This document shows positions 1 to 8,892 of a stretch of DNA of 54,139 bases, one piece after another. The notes under the pieces are model-generated. The model was not told the origin of the DNA and did not search any database. It was given only the letters and a program-made list of their open reading frames with translations. Numbering within the stretch: the first letter of the stretch is position 1; the number at the start of each line of letters is the position of its first letter. Location: the NCBI GenBank assembly GCA_900318745.1, contig ONMC01000011.1, forward strand, positions 1 to 54,139. The letters run 5' to 3'. Made by a program: the position numbers and the translations under genes. Source of the DNA: an uncultured Eubacteriales bacterium (lineage in GTDB: Bacteria > Bacillota > Clostridia > Christensenellales > CAG-138).

Positions 1-114
1 GTGCTGTTCCTGCCGATGTCCATGCTAGCCGTGCCGCCGCGGCGTTTGCCCCTTTTCATTTGCGCTTGTTTGTGTTAAAATCCAATATGAGAGAATATGC
101 GGGAGGAGCCGGGC

Positions 115-1044
115 ATGCGGACGCTGATGCGGGAATGGGACAACTTGAAAACGCTGTCCATCGTGGGCATGTGCAAGAACGCGGGCAAAACGACCGTGCT
201 GAACCGACTGCTTTCCTTAAAGGCGAACGGCGAGGTCTGGGGTCTGACCTCGATCGGGCGCGACGGCGAATCGACGGACGTCGTGACCGGCACCGAAAAA
301 CCGGGCATCTTCGTGCCGGAGGGCACGCTGATCGCGACGGCAAAGGATATGCTGAAGCTGTGCGACGTCACGCAGGAGATCCTGGAAACAACCGGCATCC
401 CGACGCCGCTCGGCGAGGTCGTGATCCTGCGCGCGAGAAGCGCGGGCTGGGTACAGCTGGCGGGACCGTCGATCGTATCGCAGCTTCGGACCGTTTCGGA
501 CCTGTTTCTGGAACTCGGCGCGAAGCGCACGATCATCGACGGCGCGCTGGGACGCAAGTCGCTCGGCGCGCGCAGCGTCGCGGAGGGCGTGATCCTTTGC
601 ACCGGCGCAAGCTACGACATGCGCATGGAAAAGGTCGTCGCGGACACGGCGGGGGTTTGCCGCATTTTGAATCTGCCGAAGGCAAAAACGCTTCCGACGC
701 CGCACGAAGGCACATTGCGGGACGCGTTTGCACAGCGGCATGAAGCGCTGATCGACGGCGCGCTGACCGAATCCGCGGTAACGCCGCTGCTGAAAAGCGG
801 CGTATTGAAGGACGGGCGGCTGGTTGTCAGGGACCCGAGCAAGGTCCTGCTCGGCACGGAAACGCTTGACCGGCTGCGTCAGAGAAACGTCGCGCTCGAA
901 ACCGAGGATGCGGCGAGAACGCTGTGCGTCACAATCAATCCGGTTTCCGCCTACGGGTGGCGATTCGATCCGAAGGCGTTCGCCGAGGCGATGGCGGCGG
1001 CGACGGACGTGCCGGTGATCAATGTAAAGGAGGCGGAGCTGTGA
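115..1044 (+). CDS. P-loop NTPase-like protein of unknown function, translationally coupled to the MutS-type ATPase
   Basis: ORF track 97..1044. GGAGG at 102-106 favours the ATG at 115 over 97. Walker-A-like SIVGMCKNAGKTTVLN lies near the N-terminus. The TGA overlaps the GTG of the next gene (GTGA 1041-1044). Family not recognised with certainty. Confidence 0.6.
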   Translation: MRTLMREWDNLKTLSIVGMCKNAGKTTVLNRLLSLKANGEVWGLTSIGRDGESTDVVTGTEKPGIFVPEGTLIATAKDMLKLCDVTQEILETTGIPTPLGEVVILRARSAGWVQLAGPSIVSQLRTVSDLFLELGAKRTIIDGALGRKSLGARSVAEGVILCTGASYDMRMEKVVADTAGVCRILNLPKAKTLPTPHEGTLRDAFAQRHEALIDGALTESAVTPLLKSGVLKDGRLVVRDPSKVLLGTETLDRLRQRNVALETEDAARTLCVTINPVSAYGWRFDPKAFAEAMAAATDVPVINVKEAEL

Positions 1045-2516
1045 TTTCGGTCAGCTTTGACGAACGGGTCGATATCGGACTCAACTATATTCTCGAAAAC
1101 CTGCACGGCTGCAGCCCGTTCGGGCAGGAACGCATCCGGCGGCTCAGGTTTTATGCGCCGGACGAGCGCGAAGCGCTGGAGGCGGAGCTTTCGAATGTCG
1201 CACGCGCGGCGGCGTCCGTGCCTTCGTCGAAGGAGACGCTCGATCGGATCATGATCGAACTGTGCCGCATCAAGGATATCCGTGCATCCCTTCGGCGCTG
1301 CCGCGAGGGCGAATGCCTCGACCATGTGGAACTGTTCGAGCTCAAAGGATATCTCGGACAGATCGAAAAGCTGATCCCGCTGCTGAACGAGTGGAACGGG
1401 ACGGCAAAGCTTTCGGGGGCGGCGCTGCACGATCCCGCACCGGCGCTCGCGGTGCTCGATCCGGAGCACACGCGCTCGCGCGGATTCTACATTCCGGACA
1501 ACGCGTCCGATGCGCTCAGAACGGTGCGGCGGGCGAAAAAACAGATCGAGGAGCGCCTGCATCATGCGGAGACCGACGCAGAGCGCGCCGGGATCCGGCT
1601 GGAACGCACGCGCATCTGCGCCGACGAGGAAACCGAGGAGCGCAAGGTGCGCGAATCGATGTGCCGCGTGCTCGCGCCGCTTTGCGATGCGCTGCTCGAG
1701 GACGCCGAAACGATCGGCACGATCGATTTTCTGATCCAGAAAGCGCTGTTCGCGGTGCGCTGTCGCTGCGTAAAGCCGGAGATCACCGATTCCCGCCTGG
1801 AACTGTGCGATATGGTGAATCCGCAGATACAGGACCTGCTGACCGAAAAGGGGCGGACGTTCGTGCCGGTTTCGATCGAACTGGACCGCGGCGCGACGGT
1901 CATCACCGGCGCGAACATGGGCGGCAAGAGCGTTGCGCTGAAGACGCTTGCGCTCGAAGTGCTGCTGTGCCACGCGGGATTTGCGGTGCCGGCAAGGTCT
2001 GCGAAGATCCCGATGTTTCATTGCATAAACATGCTGTTTGACGACCTGCAGTCGATCCGTTCGGGGCTTTCGGGGTTCGGCTCGGAGATCGTGCAGTTCG
2101 AAAAGGCGCTTGCCGAGGCGGAGCAGGGGTATTCGCTGCTGCTGCTCGACGAGTTTGCGCGCGGCACGAATCCGGACGAAGGCGCGGTGATCGTCAAGGC
2201 GGTCACGAAGTATCTGAACGGGATCGACGCGATCTCGGTGCTGTCCACGCATTATGACAACGTTGCGGAAGCGGCGAGCCGCCATTACCAGATCATCGGG
2301 CTCAAGGACGTCGATCCCGCCGAGATTGCAAAGGAGATCGGACTGGACACGGAGGACGGCGTGGCGGCGATCGCACGGCATATGAACTACGGTCTGTATC
2401 GCGTGGAAGGCAGGGCGGACTGTCCGAAGGATGCGCTGAACATCTGCCGGATGCTGTCGCTGAAGCCGGAGATCCTGGCGTATATCGAATCGTCTCACGC
2501 GAGCGTGCAAAGCTGA
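1041..2516 (+). CDS. MutS-related ATPase (MutS domain V core only; no mismatch-binding region evident)
   Basis: In frame with ORF 924..2516. GTG start at 1041 is preceded by AAGGAGG (1027-1033). Motifs: VITGANMGGKSVALKT (Walker A), LLLLDEFARGTNPDEG (Walker B region), VLSTHY. Confidence 0.75.
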   Translation: MISVSFDERVDIGLNYILENLHGCSPFGQERIRRLRFYAPDEREALEAELSNVARAAASVPSSKETLDRIMIELCRIKDIRASLRRCREGECLDHVELFELKGYLGQIEKLIPLLNEWNGTAKLSGAALHDPAPALAVLDPEHTRSRGFYIPDNASDALRTVRRAKKQIEERLHHAETDAERAGIRLERTRICADEETEERKVRESMCRVLAPLCDALLEDAETIGTIDFLIQKALFAVRCRCVKPEITDSRLELCDMVNPQIQDLLTEKGRTFVPVSIELDRGATVITGANMGGKSVALKTLALEVLLCHAGFAVPARSAKIPMFHCINMLFDDLQSIRSGLSGFGSEIVQFEKALAEAEQGYSLLLLDEFARGTNPDEGAVIVKAVTKYLNGIDAISVLSTHYDNVAEAASRHYQIIGLKDVDPAEIAKEIGLDTEDGVAAIARHMNYGLYRVEGRADCPKDALNICRMLSLKPEILAYIESSHASVQS

Positions 2517-2523
2517 AATCATC

Positions 2524-2552
2524 TTGACAATCGCCGTGAAAACGGATATAAT
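2524..2552 (+). promoter_or_regulatory. sigma-A type promoter of the lysine operon leader
   Basis: TTGACA 2524-2529, 17-nt spacer, TATAAT 2547-2552. Located about 25 nt upstream of the riboswitch P1. Confidence 0.6.
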
Positions 2553-2576
2553 TTTTATGCAGAATTCCGGATAATC

Positions 2577-2748
2577 GGCAATAGAGGCGCGGAGAGCAGG
2601 GTACCTTTTCGATCGGCATGGGCAACCGAAAAACGTCGGACAGGGAAGGGGCTTTCCGCCGAAAGGACGAAGCAGGCCTGCCTTCGCCTTGGTGGCATCG
2701 TGTAAGCGGTGCGACTGTCATGCTGTTGAGGCGTGGAGCGCTATTGGT
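2577..2748 (+). promoter_or_regulatory. Lysine riboswitch (L-box) aptamer
   Basis: Hallmark strings: AAUAGAGGCGC 2580-2590, GCCGAAAGG 2658-2666, ACUGUCA 2714-2720, GUGGAGCGCUAUUG 2733-2746. P1 pairs CAAUAG 2579-2584 with CUAUUG 2741-2746. Recognised from memory of L-box consensus, not by covariance model. Confidence 0.75.
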
Positions 2749-2777
2749 CGTGGAGATCGACCGACAGCGCTCTTTTT
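2736..2777 (+). terminator. Intrinsic terminator (expression platform of the riboswitch)
   Basis: GAGCGCU 2736-2742 pairs with AGCGCUC 2766-2772. Inner stem GGUCG 2746-2750 pairs with CGACC 2758-2762. U5 tract at 2773-2777. The 5' arm overlaps the P1 3' strand. Confidence 0.7.
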
Positions 2778-2839
2778 CTGTCCGATCGGATATCCGTAAG
2801 CTGTATCCCGTTCAAAACTTTTATAAGGAGACAGTACCC

Positions 2840-3247
2840 ATGGAAAAATTCTCTTCTCTGCTTCGTCTTCGCATGAGCGCGAAGGATGCGCACTACGGCG
2901 GAAACCTCGTGGACGGCGCGCATATGGTGCACCTGTTCGGCGACGTCGCGACCGAGCTTCTGATCCAATGCGACGGTGACGAAGGTCTGTTCTGCGCCTA
3001 CGACAAGATCGAGTTTCTGGCGCCCGTCTATGCCGGCGATTATATCGAGGCGTACGGCGAGATCGACCGCATCGGCAATACGTCCCGCGGCATGACGTTT
3101 GAAGCGCGCAAGGTCATTCAGGCACGCCCGGACATCAGCCCCTCCGCAGCCGAAGTGCTGCCGGAACCGATCGTCGTCTGCCGCGCGCACGGCACCTGCG
3201 TCACGCCCAAGGACTGCCAGCGTATCGACCGCAGCAAGGACAAATAA
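2840..3247 (+). CDS. kal: 3-aminobutyryl-CoA ammonia-lyase (hot-dog fold, about 135 aa)
   Basis: ATG 2840 is in frame with ORF 2618..3247, with AAGGAGA RBS at 2826-2832. Call rests on small size, position at the head of the lysine-fermentation operon, and the N-terminus [27 protein letters not shown]. Confidence 0.7.
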   Translation: MEKFSSLLRLRMSAKDAHYGGNLVDGAHMVHLFGDVATELLIQCDGDEGLFCAYDKIEFLAPVYAGDYIEAYGEIDRIGNTSRGMTFEARKVIQARPDISPSAAEVLPEPIVVCRAHGTCVTPKDCQRIDRSKDK

Positions 3248-3256
3248 GGAGGAACC

Positions 3257-4084
3257 ATGGAAAAGCTGATCATTACCGCCGCCATCTGCGGCGCCGAAGT
3301 CACCAAGGCGAACAACCCCGCCGTGCCGTACACCGTCGAGGAAATGGTGCGCGAAGCGAAGCTCGCATATGAAGCGGGCGCGGCGATCATCCACGTGCAT
3401 GTGCGCGAGGACGACGGCACCCCGACGCAGGACCGCGAGCGTTTCCGCGAGGTCATGGACGCGATCCGCGCGGAGCTGCCCGACGTCATCATGATCCCGT
3501 CGACCGGCGGCGCGACCGGCATGACGCCCGAGGAGCGTCTGCAGCCGACCGAGCTGTTCCCCGAGATGGCGACGCTCGACTGCGGCACCTGCAACTTCGG
3601 CGACGAGATCTTTGAAAACACGATGCCCACGATGCGCGCGTTCGGCAAGCGCATGATCGAGAACAACATCAAGCCGGAATACGAATGCTTCGAGCTCGGT
3701 CACATCGACACCGTTCTGAACATGGCGAAAAAGGGCGAAGTCCCCGGCGCGCCGATGCAGTTCAACTTTGTTCTGGGCGTGCCCGGCTGTGCTCCCGCGA
3801 CGGTTGACAACCTCGCGTTCATGGTCAATAAGATCCCCGCGGGCTCCACATGGACCGTCACCGGCGTCGGCAGATCGGCGTGGACGATGGCGGCGGCCGG
3901 CATCATCATGGGCGGCAACGTCCGCGTCGGCTTTGAGGACAACGTGTATCTCGGAAAAGGTCACAAGGCGGCTTCCAACGGCGAGCTCGTCGAAAAGGTC
4001 GTGCGCCTTGCAAAGGAGCTCGGCCGCGAGATCGCAACGCCCGACGAGGCGAGAGCGATTCTCGGCATGGCGCCGCGTAAATAA
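3257..4084 (+). CDS. kce: 3-keto-5-aminohexanoate cleavage enzyme (BKACE/DUF849 family)
   Basis: N-terminus MEKLIITAAICGAEVTK..PYTVEEMVREAKLAYEAGAAIIHVHVREDDGTPTQD is typical of BKACE TIM-barrel enzymes. Operon context supports the call. Confidence 0.88.
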   Translation: MEKLIITAAICGAEVTKANNPAVPYTVEEMVREAKLAYEAGAAIIHVHVREDDGTPTQDRERFREVMDAIRAELPDVIMIPSTGGATGMTPEERLQPTELFPEMATLDCGTCNFGDEIFENTMPTMRAFGKRMIENNIKPEYECFELGHIDTVLNMAKKGEVPGAPMQFNFVLGVPGCAPATVDNLAFMVNKIPAGSTWTVTGVGRSAWTMAAAGIIMGGNVRVGFEDNVYLGKGHKAASNGELVEKVVRLAKELGREIATPDEARAILGMAPRK

Positions 4085-4127
4085 GGAATCAAAAACATCA
4101 CATACATTTTATGCAGGAGGAACAATC

Positions 4128-5180
4128 ATGGAACAGTTAAAGGGCAATAAGTACGGTACCCACCGCGTCATCGAGCCGAAGGGCGTTCTGACCCAGGCGG
4201 CATGGAAGATCGACAACGACATGACCAAGCGTTACAGCAACGAGATCATCTGCGACGTCATCTCTCTGAACATCGACTCCGCGTCGTTCACGCAGATCGA
4301 AGAAGCGTGCGGCGGCGACGAACAGAAGATCGGCGAAATGATCCTCGGCATCGTGGCGGAGCGCGGCAAGCAGCAGAACCCGGTCACCGGTTCCGGCGGC
4401 ATGTTCATCGGCAAGGTCGCCTACATCGGCGACGACCTGCTGAAGAAGCCCGATTTCGACCTCAAGGTCGGCGACAAGATCGCATCCCTCGTTTCGCTGT
4501 CCATGACCCCGCTGAAGATCGACCGCATCAAGGCGATCCATAAGGACATCGACCGCGTCGACATCGACGGTCAGGCGGTGCTGTTTGAATCCGCGATCTA
4601 CGCAAAGCTCCCCGAGGATATGTCCGAAGCGCTTGCGCTTGCGGCGCTCGACGTGGCAGGCGCGCCCGCACAGGCAAGAAAGCTCCCCAAAGAGGGCGAT
4701 TCCGTGCTGATCCTCGGCGCAAACGGCAAGAGCGGCGTGCTCTGCGGCTGGGAAGCGCTGAAAAAGGTCGGACCGAACGGCAAGGTCGTCGGCGTTGTCA
4801 GGAACCCGAAGCAGGTCCCGGCGCTGATCGAGCTCGGCGTTTACACTGACGTCATCGTGGCGGACTGCACCAAGCCGGTCGAAGTGCTCGAAAAGGCGCT
4901 CGAAGTCAACGGCGGCAAGGAATACGACATCTCCATCTGCTGCGTCAACATCGAGTCCTGCGAGATGAGCGCGATCCTGCCGGTGCGCGACGACGGTCTC
5001 GTATACTTCTTCTCGATGGCGACCTCGTTCACGAAAGCGGCGCTCGGCGCGGAGGGCGTCGGCAAGGACGTCACCATGATCGTCGGCAACGGCTACACCA
5101 AGAATCACGCCGAGATCACGCTCAACGTGCTGCGCGAGAACGAGAAGCTCCGCAAGCTCTTTGACGAAAAATACTGCTGA
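4128..5180 (+). CDS. kdd: L-erythro-3,5-diaminohexanoate dehydrogenase
   Basis: ATG 4128 (GGAGG at 4116-4120) is in frame with ORF 3768..5180. Dinucleotide-binding-like VLILGANGKSGVL. Sits between kce and kamA. Confidence 0.8.
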   Translation: MEQLKGNKYGTHRVIEPKGVLTQAAWKIDNDMTKRYSNEIICDVISLNIDSASFTQIEEACGGDEQKIGEMILGIVAERGKQQNPVTGSGGMFIGKVAYIGDDLLKKPDFDLKVGDKIASLVSLSMTPLKIDRIKAIHKDIDRVDIDGQAVLFESAIYAKLPEDMSEALALAALDVAGAPAQARKLPKEGDSVLILGANGKSGVLCGWEALKKVGPNGKVVGVVRNPKQVPALIELGVYTDVIVADCTKPVEVLEKALEVNGGKEYDISICCVNIESCEMSAILPVRDDGLVYFFSMATSFTKAALGAEGVGKDVTMIVGNGYTKNHAEITLNVLRENEKLRKLFDEKYC

Positions 5181-5249
5181 TGATTCATGCAAGAGCAGGG
5201 AAACCGCCTGCTCTTGCTTCCTTTTCAATCCGACTACAGGAGGAAATCT

Positions 5250-6500
5250 ATGAAAACCCGTAACGGTCTTTTTGCCGACGTTCCGGAAGAGCTTTGGAAC
5301 GACTGGCATTGGCAGGTCAAGAACCGCGCCGAAACGCTTGACGATCTCAAAAAGATCATGACGCTGACCCCCGAAGAGGAGGAGGGCATCAAAAAGACGC
5401 TCGGCAAACTCCGCATGGCGATCACACCGTACTATCTCTCGCTGATCGATCTCGACGATCCGTACGATCCGATCCGCAAGATGGCGATCCCGCGCGCCGA
5501 GGAGCTCGACTACGCCGACTACGAGAACGCCGATCCGCTGCGCGAGGACACCGATTCCCCGACGCCGGGTCTCACGCACCGCTATCCGGACCGCGTACTG
5601 TTCCTCATCACCGATATGTGCTCCATGTACTGCCGTCACTGCACGCGCCGCCGCTTTGCGGGGCAGAACGACTGCGGCGTACCGAGAGCGCAGATCGAAC
5701 AGGGCATCGAATACGTCCGCAACCATCCCGAAGTGCGCGACGTGCTGCTTTCGGGCGGCGACGCGCTGATGGTGAGCGACGCGCTTTTGGAGGACATCAT
5801 TCAGAAGCTTCGCGCGATCCCGCATGTCGAGATCATCCGCCTCGGTTCGCGCACGCCGGTCGTTTGCCCGCAGCGTATCACGCCGGAGCTTGTCAATATG
5901 CTCAAAAAGTACCATCCCATCTGGGTCAACACGCACTTCAACACGCCGAAGGAGTTCACGCCCGAATCGGCGAAGGCGTGCGCCATGCTCGCGGACGCGG
6001 GCATTCCGCTGGGCAACCAGAGCGTGCTGCTTGCCGGGATTAACGACTGCAGCCACGTCATGATGGAGCTCGTGCACGGACTCGTCAAGATGCGCGTGCG
6101 TCCGTACTATATCTATGCCTGCGACCCGTCGCTCGGTCTTTCGCATTTCCGCACGCCGGTCAGTAAGGGCATCGAGATCATGGAAGCGCTGCGCGGACAT
6201 ACGTCCGGCTACTGCGTCCCGACGTTCGTCGTCGACGCGCCGGGCGGCGGCGGCAAGACGCCCGTCATGCCGACGTATCTGATCTCGCAGACGCCGAGAA
6301 AGGTCATTCTGAGAAACTTCGAGGGCGTCATCACGTCCTATACCGAGCCGGAACACTATGTGCAGAACTGCCATTGCGACGTCTGCACCGGCAAGAAGAA
6401 GATCGAAAAGACCGGCGTCGCCTATGTTGCCGAGGGTACGCAGCAGCATTATCTGGAGCCGACGAAGCTTTTGCGCAACGAACGGCACGTCAAACACTGA
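5250..6500 (+). CDS. kamA: Lysine 2,3-aminomutase (radical SAM, PLP)
   Basis: ATG 5250 follows AGGAGG. CxxxCxxC radical-SAM motif CSMYCRHCTRRR, plus LLSGGDALM. Length about 416 aa. Confidence 0.95.
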   Translation: MKTRNGLFADVPEELWNDWHWQVKNRAETLDDLKKIMTLTPEEEEGIKKTLGKLRMAITPYYLSLIDLDDPYDPIRKMAIPRAEELDYADYENADPLREDTDSPTPGLTHRYPDRVLFLITDMCSMYCRHCTRRRFAGQNDCGVPRAQIEQGIEYVRNHPEVRDVLLSGGDALMVSDALLEDIIQKLRAIPHVEIIRLGSRTPVVCPQRITPELVNMLKKYHPIWVNTHFNTPKEFTPESAKACAMLADAGIPLGNQSVLLAGINDCSHVMMELVHGLVKMRVRPYYIYACDPSLGLSHFRTPVSKGIEIMEALRGHTSGYCVPTFVVDAPGGGGKTPVMPTYLISQTPRKVILRNFEGVITSYTEPEHYVQNCHCDVCTGKKKIEKTGVAYVAEGTQQHYLEPTKLLRNERHVKH

Positions 6501-6509
6501 GGAGAATCT

Positions 6510-8069
6510 ATGGAAAGCAAACTCGGCCTGAACTTTGATCTGGTCAACGAAGCGCGCGCGAGCGCCGCGCATGTAGCGAGCGACGTACAGCGTTTCATCG
6601 ACCGGCACACCACCGTTACCGTGGAGCGCACCGTCTGTCGCCTTTTGGGCATCGACGGCGTCAACGATATGGACGTCCCCATGCCGAACGTGGTGGTGGA
6701 TACGCTGACCGAAAACGCGCTGCTGCCGCTCGGCGCCGCATGGGTGATCGGCAGCGCCATTTTGGAAACGGGCAAGGATCCGCAGGGCGTTGCGGAGGCG
6801 ATCGACCGCGGCGAACTCGATTTGACCAAGCTCCCTTCGCATACGGAAGCGGAGATCCGCGAGGCGCTGCAGCCGTACATCGACGCGTCGATGGCGCGTA
6901 TCAATGCAAACGTCAGACAGCGCAACGAATACCTCGACCGTTTCGGCGACAAGGAAGGTCCGTATCTGTACATCATCGTTGCGACCGGCAACATTTATGA
7001 AGACATCATCCAGGCGAAGGCCGGCGCCAAGCAGGGCGCGGACATCATCGCCGTCATCCGCACGACGGGTCAGTCGCTCCTGGACTATGTTCCGTACGGC
7101 GCGACGACCGAGGGCTTCGGCGGCACCTACGCAACGCAGGAGAATTTCCGGCTGATGCGCGCCGCGCTGGATGAGGTCGGCGAGGAACAGCACCGGTACA
7201 TCCGTCTGTGCAACTACTGCTCGGGTCTGTGCATGCCCGAGATCGCGGCGATGGGCGCGCTGGAACGGCTCGACGTCATGCTGAACGACGCGCTGTACGG
7301 CATTCTGTTCCGCGACATCAACATGCAGCGCACGATCGTCGACCAGTATTTCTCCCGCATCATCAACGGATACGCGGGCGTCATCATCAACACCGGCGAG
7401 GATAACTACCTCACGACCGACGACGCGATCACATCCGCGCATACGGTGCTCGCTTCGCAGTTTTTGAACGAAGCGTTCGCAAAGTGCGCGGGCATGCGCG
7501 AGGAACAGATGGGTCTCGGACACGCGTTCGAAATGGACCCGTCGGTCGAGAACACGTTCCTTTATGAGCTTGCGCAGGCGCAGATGGCGCGCGAGATCTT
7601 CCCGAAGGCGCCGCTGAAGTACATGCCGCCGACCAAGTACATGACCGGCAACATCTTCCGCGGACACATTCAGGACGCACTGTTCAATATGGTGACGATC
7701 CTCACGAACCAGAAACTGCACCTTCTCGGCATGATGACCGAGGCGATCCACACGCCGTTCATGTCGGACCGCGCGCTGTCGATTGAAAATGCGCAGTACA
7801 TCTTCCGCACGATGAAGGATCTGGGCTCCGAACTGACGTTCAAAGAGGGCGGCATCATCCGCAATCGCGCGAACGAGGTTCTGACCAAGGCGACCGATCT
7901 CTTAAAGGAGATCGAATCGCTCGGACTGTTCACGACGCTCGAACGCGGCATCTTCGCGGACGTCAAGCGTCCGAAGGACGGCGGCAAAGGTCTGAACGGC
8001 GTCGTCATCAAGGATGACGCGTATTTCAACCCGTTCATCGAGGTCATGAAAGGCAAGGTGGCGCAATGA
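6510..8069 (+). CDS. kamD: beta-lysine (D-lysine) 5,6-aminomutase alpha subunit
   Basis: 519-aa ORF directly before the B12-binding subunit, overlapping it by 4 nt. TIM-barrel-sized subunit in kam context. Confidence 0.88.
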   Translation: MESKLGLNFDLVNEARASAAHVASDVQRFIDRHTTVTVERTVCRLLGIDGVNDMDVPMPNVVVDTLTENALLPLGAAWVIGSAILETGKDPQGVAEAIDRGELDLTKLPSHTEAEIREALQPYIDASMARINANVRQRNEYLDRFGDKEGPYLYIIVATGNIYEDIIQAKAGAKQGADIIAVIRTTGQSLLDYVPYGATTEGFGGTYATQENFRLMRAALDEVGEEQHRYIRLCNYCSGLCMPEIAAMGALERLDVMLNDALYGILFRDINMQRTIVDQYFSRIINGYAGVIINTGEDNYLTTDDAITSAHTVLASQFLNEAFAKCAGMREEQMGLGHAFEMDPSVENTFLYELAQAQMAREIFPKAPLKYMPPTKYMTGNIFRGHIQDALFNMVTILTNQKLHLLGMMTEAIHTPFMSDRALSIENAQYIFRTMKDLGSELTFKEGGIIRNRANEVLTKATDLLKEIESLGLFTTLERGIFADVKRPKDGGKGLNGVVIKDDAYFNPFIEVMKGKVAQ

Positions 8070-8854
8070 GCAGCGGACTGTACAACACCCATAAGATCGA
8101 CTTCGATACGACGCTCGATCTTACGCATCTGAAGCCCTACGGCGACACGATGAACGACGGCAAGGTGCAGATGAGCTTCACGCTGCCGGTCAAGGACGAC
8201 GAGCGCGGCGTTGAGGCGGCGCGCCAGATCGCGAAAAAGATGGGTCTCGACGAGCCGAACGTGACGTATCACGCGCCGCTCGACAAGGAGTTCACGTTCT
8301 ACGTGGTCTACGGCAGCTGCGTGCATTCGGTCAATTACGAGGACATCCATGTCATCACCGTCGAAAGCGACGTCATGAGCATGGAGGAGACCAACGACTA
8401 TATCCGCGAGCACATCGGCAGGAAGGTCGTCATGGTGGGCGCCAGCACCGGCACCGATGCGCATACCGTCGGCATCGACGCGATCATGAACCGCAAGGGC
8501 TTTGCGGGACACTACGGCGTGGAGCGTTACGAAATGATCGAGGCGTACAACCTCGGTTCGCAGGTTCCGAACGAGGACCTGATCAAAAAGGCGCTCGAGG
8601 TCAACGCCGACGCGCTGCTCGTTTCGCAGACGGTCACGCAAAAGGACATTCACATTCAGAACCTCACCAACCTCATCGAGCTTCTGGAAGCGGAAGGACT
8701 GCGCGATCGCTTCGTCGTGGTTTGCGGCGGACCGCGCATCACGCATGAACTTGCGAAGGAGCTCGGCTTTGACGCCGGCTTCGGCGCAGGCACGTACGGC
8801 GACGACGTCGCAAGCTTCGTCGTCACGGAAATGGTCAAACGCGGCATGAAATAA
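8066..8854 (+). CDS. kamE: beta-lysine 5,6-aminomutase beta subunit (cobalamin/PLP-binding)
   Basis: Base-off/His-on motif DxHxxG present (GTDAHTVGID). ATGA overlap with kamD. Confidence 0.88.
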   Translation: MSSGLYNTHKIDFDTTLDLTHLKPYGDTMNDGKVQMSFTLPVKDDERGVEAARQIAKKMGLDEPNVTYHAPLDKEFTFYVVYGSCVHSVNYEDIHVITVESDVMSMEETNDYIREHIGRKVVMVGASTGTDAHTVGIDAIMNRKGFAGHYGVERYEMIEAYNLGSQVPNEDLIKKALEVNADALLVSQTVTQKDIHIQNLTNLIELLEAEGLRDRFVVVCGGPRITHELAKELGFDAGFGAGTYGDDVASFVVTEMVKRGMK

Positions 8855-8892
8855 GCCGCACAGGATACGAATATCAGAAGGAGGAACATTCA

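Noticed and set aside
1-59. Possible minus-strand gene start (MKRGKRRGGTASMDIGRNS...) running off the left edge
   Set aside because: No Shine-Dalgarno sequence, only 19 codons visible, and Arg/Gly-rich composition. This is insufficient to call.
951-2522. 523-aa minus-strand ORF, plus similar long antisense or off-frame ORFs. These include 2741..3964, 7670..8899, 14986..16428, 20692..22086, 24005..25129, 25229..26770 and 26871..28571. Further examples are 29652..30845, 31203..32489, 32709..33818, 35962..37455, 38772..40079, 44846..46345, 46432..48390 and 48858..49925.
   Set aside because: Each is antisense to, or out of frame with, a gene with strong family signatures. All show Arg/Ala/His/Asp-rich composition and lack ribosome-binding sites.
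4137-7751. 1204-aa minus-strand ORF, the longest in the track
   Set aside because: It lies exactly antisense to kdd, kamA and kamD, whose products have unmistakable motifs. Its translation is R/A/D/H/V/L-rich low-information sequence with no motif. Long stop-free antisense frames are expected opposite GC3-rich genes.
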